Origin: a virus
Lineage: Duplodnaviria > Caudoviricetes
Strand: one strand, 5' to 3'
Virus record (IMG/VR): IMGVR_UViG_3300037467_000310
Location: 1 to 47,936 of that record
Length of the DNA: 47,936 nt
The notes beneath the pieces are model-generated. The model was not told the origin of the DNA. It worked only from the letters and a program-made list of their open reading frames with translations, and did not search any database. The position numbers were made by a program, and so were the translations under genes. Below, in pieces: positions 42,561 through 47,936 of the stretch. Positions within the stretch are counted from its first letter, which is position 1. Each line of letters opens with the position of its first letter.

Positions 42561-42964
42561 CTGGTGATGCTCTGGCGAATGGTTTTGAGGCGTTGCTGTC
42601 TGGGTTCACTGTCTACAAGGACAAGGTCCCGGCTAGTCCATCGTTCCCTTATGTGCTGGTGTTGACGAATTTCCCGGCAGTGGCGGGTCGTTCTCATGCT
42701 CGTACGGTTCATTCGAGGGTGTTGCGGTCGCGGACTTCGGTGGTTGGTTTGACTGCCGCGTCGGTTCGGATTGTTGCGCAGAAGCTAACGAACTGTCTTG
42801 AGGGCAAACGGCCCACCGTTGCGGGCTGGACACTAGGCACTATTGAGTCCGTCCCGAACGAGCAACCTATCCAACCTGACCTTGACGTGACAATCCCCGG
42901 CACTGCTGAGAACCCGTTGTATCAGCCGTTCGATTGGGTGCAGACAGGTTCCCAGGTCCCGTAA
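42557..42964 (+). CDS. Tail terminator
   Basis: 'VY...P..P..PYV'; synteny. Confidence 0.7.
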   Translation: MTGDALANGFEALLSGFTVYKDKVPASPSFPYVLVLTNFPAVAGRSHARTVHSRVLRSRTSVVGLTAASVRIVAQKLTNCLEGKRPTVAGWTLGTIESVPNEQPIQPDLDVTIPGTAENPLYQPFDWVQTGSQVP

Positions 42965-42967
42965 CTT

Positions 42968-42995
42968 ACGCCCTCACTGTGGGGCGTTTTTCTTT
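42968..42995 (+). terminator. Intrinsic terminator-like hairpin inside late operon
   Basis: ACGCCC...GGGCGT followed by TTTTTCTTT. Confidence 0.6.
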
Positions 42996-43013
42996 GCCCT
43001 GGAAGGGGTTCAC

Positions 43014-43199
43014 ATGTTTGTCCGCGTTAAGGATTCCACGTCAGGGCATGAGTTTGACGTGCATGAATCTGATTGGCGTATCGAGTCTGGGGCGCTGGTT
43101 CCGGTCAAGTCTGACCGTTACCCGCCCACTCATGCGCCCCGCTTACCGAAATACAACGTCAGCCCAGTAAGGGCTACCAATTCCAATAAGGAGTCCTAA
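43014..43199 (+). CDS. Small hypothetical protein before major tail
   Basis: 'FVRVKD..SGHEFDV'; AAGGGG RBS. Confidence 0.65.
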   Translation: MFVRVKDSTSGHEFDVHESDWRIESGALVPVKSDRYPPTHAPRLPKYNVSPVRATNSNKES

Positions 43200-43201
43200 C
43201 T

Positions 43202-43714
43202 ATGGCTGATATTCCGTCCACTCCCGCTGATGGTATGACGCTCGTGAAGATCGTCACTGCCATCGCTGATACTTCCGCACCGAAGGTCGCTACTGAGATT
43301 AACGCGGCGTCGTCCGTTGACATCTCCTGCTATTTGACTGCTGGTGGTTGGAAGCCTTCCCTGTCTGAGCAGGTCATCACGGATGAGCGTCTTTGCACGA
43401 CTCAGACGTATGAGCAGAAGGGCCGTTCGCAGCGTGGTCTTGAGGTCGAGTACATCGACAACACAAACACGGCGAACGCGACTACTTATAACAAGGCGAA
43501 GGACACTCTTGTCCCTGGTACGCCGATGTTCATTGTGGTTCGTACGGGTCTTCCGTATGACACTGCGGCTGCTGCGGCTCAGAAGTTCAGTGTTTACCCG
43601 ATTACTCCGGGTGAGTATAACGAGCTTCCGCCTGAGGCTAACAGTGTTTTCAAGATCGCGCAGAAGTTGTTTGTGACCGGCAAGGTCAAGATTTCGACTG
43701 CTGCTGCGGCTTAG
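43202..43714 (+). CDS. Major tail protein
   Basis: 'AP...E....DISCYLT...D.RLC'; TAAGGAG RBS. Confidence 0.88.
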   Translation: MADIPSTPADGMTLVKIVTAIADTSAPKVATEINAASSVDISCYLTAGGWKPSLSEQVITDERLCTTQTYEQKGRSQRGLEVEYIDNTNTANATTYNKAKDTLVPGTPMFIVVRTGLPYDTAAAAAQKFSVYPITPGEYNELPPEANSVFKIAQKLFVTGKVKISTAAAA

Positions 43715-43804
43715 CTAGTGCCACCTGTCCGCCCGTGTGTTGTGGGACCGCGGGCGGACAGGTTCTAGTCCCACTTGTCCCGCTAAAAGACTTTGGAGTA
43801 TGTA

Positions 43805-44341
43805 ATGACTTTGACTGTGAAGCGCCCTGAGACTCGTGTGCAGTTTTGCCTTGATGGTGATTTGAAAGCGGCTCATGAGGCGGCGGAGGCTGAGTTCAAC
43901 GAGGCGCGTAATAAGTCGTTGGCTGATGCGCGTCTGAATAGTCCTGTGAAGGAATTGGCGCAGAGGGTTTCTGATATTGAGGCTGAGATGAAGGGCGCGT
44001 CTGTGACGTTCCTGATTCGGGGGCTGCCTCGTGGTGCTTGGTCTGATCTGGTTGCTGCTCATGCGCCGCGTGAGGGTAACACGTTGGATAAGTCTTATGG
44101 GTACAACGTTGAGGCGTTGATGGTTGAGGCGTTGCCGCTGTCGATCATCAGTGTTGAGAACGCCGCGGGCGAGGTTCTGCCATTTGATCCTGCGAAGGAG
44201 TGGGATGATCTGGCTGACGATATGACGAACAGCCAGTATGAGGATTTTGTGTTGGCGGTTATGCGTGTGAATGCGGGGCGAAATGATGTCCCTTTTTCGC
44301 TCAGCGCATTCAGGATGATTCAGGACTTCGAGCAGAAGTAG
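43805..44341 (+). CDS. Tail assembly chaperone (G)
   Basis: Between major tail and TMP; slippery site near end. Confidence 0.85.
   Translation: MTLTVKRPETRVQFCLDGDLKAAHEAAEAEFNEARNKSLADARLNSPVKELAQRVSDIEAEMKGASVTFLIRGLPRGAWSDLVAAHAPREGNTLDKSYGYNVEALMVEALPLSIISVENAAGEVLPFDPAKEWDDLADDMTNSQYEDFVLAVMRVNAGRNDVPFSLSAFRMIQDFEQK
44290..44296 (+). promoter_or_regulatory. -1 programmed frameshift site C CCT TTT
   Basis: X XXY YYZ in frame; -1 frame is open to 44685. Confidence 0.85.
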
Positions 44342-44685
44342 AGGCGGCTCATTCGCTTGGTATTTCGTTGAAGCGGTTTCATGGGTGGGAGCCTGTGACT
44401 GTTCATGAGTATCGGGCGGGTGTGTTGGTTTCGTCGCGTCCTGAGCCTGAGTGGGATGAGGGTGAGCAGACGATCATGCTTGCTTTGCAGATGTACCGGA
44501 ATGGGTTGTGCCCTAAGTGTGGTGGCCCGTTGTCTGTGTGTACTGATGCGGCGAATGAGATGCGTTTTGATGCTGGTTTGCCGATTCGTTGTCATGCTAC
44601 GACGGCGCGGGGTCGTGCGGCTGAGGCTTACCGTGATTTGCCTGGTTCTGAGGCGTTGATGTTTGTTCCGCGTTTGCGGGAGTAG
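44296..44685 (+). CDS. Tail assembly chaperone frameshift extension (GT)
   Basis: -1 frame FAQRIQDD...LKRFHGWEP...CPKCG...RCHA joins the 44368 ORF. Confidence 0.8.
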   Translation, partial: FAQRIQDDSGLRAEVEAAHSLGISLKRFHGWEPVTVHEYRAGVLVSSRPEPEWDEGEQTIMLALQMYRNGLCPKCGGPLSVCTDAANEMRFDAGLPIRCHATTARGRAAEAYRDLPGSEALMFVPRLRE

Positions 44686-44943
44686 TTACTTTTCGATTGC
44701 TGCTAGTACGCGTTTCCCGAAGCCAATACCTGTAAGGACGAGCCCGGTTGCGAGGATGATCCACGCAACCGGCGTTGGCGCGCCGGGCGTTTCTACGGTG
44801 CGGAATGTTCCTGGTTGCAACGTGGCATGCGTTGTTGAGAACCCAACGATGACTAGTAGCAGCCCGATTGCGGCTAGCACTACCCCGATTATGAGCAGCG
44901 TTGTTCCCGGTCGCCTGTTTGTGGTCGCCGTCTTTTCCGTCAT
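44686..44943 (-). CDS. Reverse-oriented two-TM membrane protein (moron)
   Basis: 85 aa, two hydrophobic helices; TACAAT -10 at 44950..44955, 6 nt before ATG. Confidence 0.75.
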   Translation of the reverse strand: MTEKTATTNRRPGTTLLIIGVVLAAIGLLLVIVGFSTTHATLQPGTFRTVETPGAPTPVAWIILATGLVLTGIGFGKRVLAAIEK

Positions 44944-44986
44944 CCCGCAATTGTAGGGCATGGCGCCGTCTTTTAGGGGGCCATAA

Positions 44987-47932
44987 GTGGCAGACCGGTC
45001 AATAAGCATAAGCCTCATGGCACGGGTGGAGGGATTTGTTGCTGGGATGAAGACAGCCCAGCAGGCGGCTTCTGACTTTGCGAGCAGGACGGCTAAGTTC
45101 GCTAAGGAAAACGAAGAACACTTTGATCGTGTGGGCAAGGCGTCTGCCGTTCTTGGCGGCGCGCTGGTAGCCGGTGCTGTTCTAGCTGTGAAGTCGTTCA
45201 TGGAATTTGACTCGGCTATGGCTGCGGTAAAGGCGTCAACGCATGAGACTGCCGCGAACATGGACCTGCTGCGTGAGGCGGCAATCAATGCGGGCGCTGA
45301 CACGGCGTTCTCCGCAAAGGAAGCCGCGCAGGGCATTGATGAGCTTGCTAAGGCCGGCGTGTCCACCAAGGACATCCTTGGTGGTGGGCTTGCTGGTGCA
45401 CTGTCTCTGGCTGCTGCCGGTTCGCTTGAGGTTGGCGATGCTGCTGAGATCGCGGCTACTGCCCTGACTCAGTTCAAGTTGTCTGGGCAGGACATCCCTC
45501 ACCTTGCGGATCTGTTGGCGGCGGGTGCCGGTAAGGCGCAGGGCTCGGTTGAGGACATTGGTAACGCGTTGAAGCAGTCTGGCCTTGTTGCGTCCCAGTT
45601 CGGCCTTTCGGTTGAGGACACGACGGGTACGCTGGCGGCTTTCGCTTCTGCTGGTTTGACTGGTTCGGATTCTGGTACGTCGTTCAAGACGATGCTGCTT
45701 TCCTTGGCTAACCCTGCGGCGAAGACGCAGAGTCTCATGAGTGAGCTTGGCATATCGGCCTATGACGCGCAGGACAAGTTCGTTGGCATAACGAACCTTG
45801 CTGAGCAGTTGAAGACGAAACTCGGCGGCTTGGGGCAGGCGCAGCGTGACGCGGCGTTGGCTCAGATCTTCGGTACTGATGCTATCCGTGGCGCGAATGT
45901 TCTGTATGAGCAGGGCGCGGCCGGTATTCAGGGGTGGATTGAGAAGGTCAACGAGGCGGGCTATGCGGCTGTAACCGCGAGTATCAAACAGGACACGCTG
46001 GCTGGTGACTTGGAGAAGCTGGGCGGCTCCTTTGACTCGGTTTTGATTAAGGGGGGCGGGGCTGCAGCTGAGGCCTTGCGGGGCATCGTGCAGGGCGCTG
46101 AGGGTCTGGTTGACGCTATTGGCAAGATACCAGGGCCCGTGTTGAACGCTGCGGTTGGTATCGCGGGCGTTACCGGTGGCGCGCTTCTCCTTGGTGGCGC
46201 GTTCCTGACTGTCCTTCCGCGGCTTGTTGAGTTCAAGTCGTCTTTGGATCAGATCGCACCAAAGGGGTCCAGGGCTGGGTCCGCTATCCGCGGAGTTGGT
46301 AAGGCTGCTGCGATTGCGACTGTCGCGCTTGTCGGGTTGCAGGTCGTTGGCGCTATTTTCAGTGATAAGCAAACAAAGTCTGCTGAGGATTTTGGTCAGG
46401 CGCTGCTCAAGGTCCAGAAAATATCTGGAACCAATTCCGGCAAGGGCCTGGACTCGATGTTCCAAGGTTGGGACAAGATCATTACCGGCGAGACGGTATC
46501 CACCGTGAATGATCTGTCTTCTGCGGTGGAGAGGCTTACTCATCAGGGCAGCAAGGATTGGATCGATCAGAACCTTGCTGATCCGCTAAACCGCTTGCTT
46601 GGTTTCTCCGTGTCTGACGTTGCGCAAATACAGGAGCGCTTCAAGGGCCTTGGCGAAGAGATGGGAAACATCACCCGGAACGGCGGGGCGGATACTGCTG
46701 CTAAGTCCTTCCAGGCGCTGACAGCGGAGTTCCAGAAGAACGGGCAAGGCGCTAAGGAAGCTCTCGCGGCAGTCCCCGGATATAAGGATGCTTTGCAGGG
46801 GCTCGCTAACCAAGCTGGCGTTACTCTGTCCGAGCAGGACCTTTTGGACTTCGCCATGGGCAAGGTCCCAGATTCCATGCTCAAGGCGGGCGGTTCGGTT
46901 GAGACGTACACCACGAAGGTTGGCAACTCAGCGCCGATGACAGAGGCGATGTCTAAGGCTCTTGAGGATGTGGGCCTCAGTGCTTCCGGCGCTGTGACTG
47001 ACATTGAGAAGTTCACGCAATCGTTGTTCAACGCGGGGATGCTTTCACTGTCTGCTTCTGACGCGACCATCGCTTACGAGGCCGCGATTGATGCTGTCAC
47101 TGAGTCTGTCACGAAAAACGGCAAGACCCTTGATGTTCACACCGAGCAGGGCCGCGCCAATCAGACGGCGTACAACGACATGGCTAAGGCTGCTATGACT
47201 GTTGCCGAGGCTACCGCTGCGGAGACATTGAAAACGCAGGGTTCCGCCGCTGCTCAGGCCACGTTGCAGGCTGGCCTTTCTCAGAGCTACAAGGATCTGA
47301 TTACCGCTGCTGGGCAGTTCGGTATTACTGGTGACGCTGCTGATGACATGGCGCGTAAGGCTTTGGGTATCCCTAAGAACGTGAACATTGATGCGTGGAT
47401 CGCCGACCATGCGTCCACGACTTTGGATGGGATCAAGGGTAAGGCTGATGGGCTTGACGGTAAGAGGGTAACGATTGGTATTTACACGACTGAGTATTTC
47501 AATCGTGTGGACCAGCGTTCGGCGCCTACTGTCGTGGATCCGAACCAGCTTGGCGGGCACTACGCTACGGGTGGTCGTGTGACTGGCCCTGGCACGTCAA
47601 CGTCTGATGATGTCCCGGCGTGGTTGTCGAATGACGAGTATGTGTTGACTGCGGCGGCGGCTAGGAAGATCGGTTACGGGAACCTGGACCGCATGAACGG
47701 CGGTGACGTTTCCCCGATCAAGCCAATGGGTTACGAGTATTCGCCGGCTGGTGCTCCTGCTGTAACTCATCGTGCGCCTATGGTTGCTGCGGCTCCGCAG
47801 CAGACCCCTCCTGTGTATGTGCAGAATCCGTTTACGGGTGCGTATTTGTTGGCTCAGGTTGATTCTCGGGCTGCTGGTGTTGTTGGTGCTGCGGATTCTG
47901 GTTCTCAGTTCATGCGGAAGGGGCGCGGCTAG
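44987..47932 (+). CDS. Tape measure protein, full length, allele B
   Basis: 981 aa, TP901-type core 'FSA.EAA.GI..LAKAG', TM segments, C-terminal 'ATGG.V.GPGT.TSD.VPAWLS..EYV'. Confidence 0.96.
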   Translation: MADRSISISLMARVEGFVAGMKTAQQAASDFASRTAKFAKENEEHFDRVGKASAVLGGALVAGAVLAVKSFMEFDSAMAAVKASTHETAANMDLLREAAINAGADTAFSAKEAAQGIDELAKAGVSTKDILGGGLAGALSLAAAGSLEVGDAAEIAATALTQFKLSGQDIPHLADLLAAGAGKAQGSVEDIGNALKQSGLVASQFGLSVEDTTGTLAAFASAGLTGSDSGTSFKTMLLSLANPAAKTQSLMSELGISAYDAQDKFVGITNLAEQLKTKLGGLGQAQRDAALAQIFGTDAIRGANVLYEQGAAGIQGWIEKVNEAGYAAVTASIKQDTLAGDLEKLGGSFDSVLIKGGGAAAEALRGIVQGAEGLVDAIGKIPGPVLNAAVGIAGVTGGALLLGGAFLTVLPRLVEFKSSLDQIAPKGSRAGSAIRGVGKAAAIATVALVGLQVVGAIFSDKQTKSAEDFGQALLKVQKISGTNSGKGLDSMFQGWDKIITGETVSTVNDLSSAVERLTHQGSKDWIDQNLADPLNRLLGFSVSDVAQIQERFKGLGEEMGNITRNGGADTAAKSFQALTAEFQKNGQGAKEALAAVPGYKDALQGLANQAGVTLSEQDLLDFAMGKVPDSMLKAGGSVETYTTKVGNSAPMTEAMSKALEDVGLSASGAVTDIEKFTQSLFNAGMLSLSASDATIAYEAAIDAVTESVTKNGKTLDVHTEQGRANQTAYNDMAKAAMTVAEATAAETLKTQGSAAAQATLQAGLSQSYKDLITAAGQFGITGDAADDMARKALGIPKNVNIDAWIADHASTTLDGIKGKADGLDGKRVTIGIYTTEYFNRVDQRSAPTVVDPNQLGGHYATGGRVTGPGTSTSDDVPAWLSNDEYVLTAAAARKIGYGNLDRMNGGDVSPIKPMGYEYSPAGAPAVTHRAPMVAAAPQQTPPVYVQNPFTGAYLLAQVDSRAAGVVGAADSGSQFMRKGRG

Positions 47933-47936
47933 ATGG
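46020..47936 (+). repeat. Imperfect terminal direct repeat, copy 2 (matches 1..1905)
   Basis: Offset 46019 at 5' end, 46031 at 3' end. Confidence 0.95.

Noticed and set aside
44368-44685. Independent gene starting at TTG 44368
   Set aside because: Better explained as the -1 frameshift extension of the tail assembly chaperone, a well-known feature
45236-46543. Long antisense ORFs (also 34687..35823, 783..1529, 1566..2252)
   Set aside because: Shadows of G/T-biased sense genes; Arg/His/Thr-rich with no RBS or motifs
1-47936. CRISPR array, diversity-generating retroelement, retron or IS element
   Set aside because: No regularly spaced repeat-spacer array, no reverse transcriptase or transposase motifs; TMP differences are not adenine-specific

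Overview
Essentially one complete, circularly permuted temperate siphophage genome (about 46.0 kb unit length) of an actinobacterial host, most like Arthrobacter/Micrococcaceae phages. Gene order: distal tail genes, lysis cassette and a beta-helix tailspike (1-9.2 kb); tyrosine integrase, xis and an attP matching the 3' end of tRNA-Ala (9.4-11.9 kb); a leftward operon of small genes headed by a secreted Cys-containing peptide; an ImmA protease/repressor/Cro switch (15.4-17.2 kb); recombination, replication and methyltransferase genes (17-28.7 kb); an RNA-rich block with five tRNAs, a tRNA-like element and several unexplained structured RNAs (28.7-32.3 kb); then HNH, split terminase, head and tail genes with a sixth tRNA (32.8-47.9 kb). 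The two window ends overlap by about 1.9 kb but carry two different tape-measure alleles. The most notable unexplained features are two families of conserved structured 5' leaders (one with compensatory base changes), a dispersed 19-bp operator regulon, a C5 methyltransferase with a nested out-of-frame second subunit, widespread C-terminal Ala-Ala ends, and a tRNA set resembling known anticodon-nuclease targets. All calls come from reading the sequence; no searches or folding programs were run.
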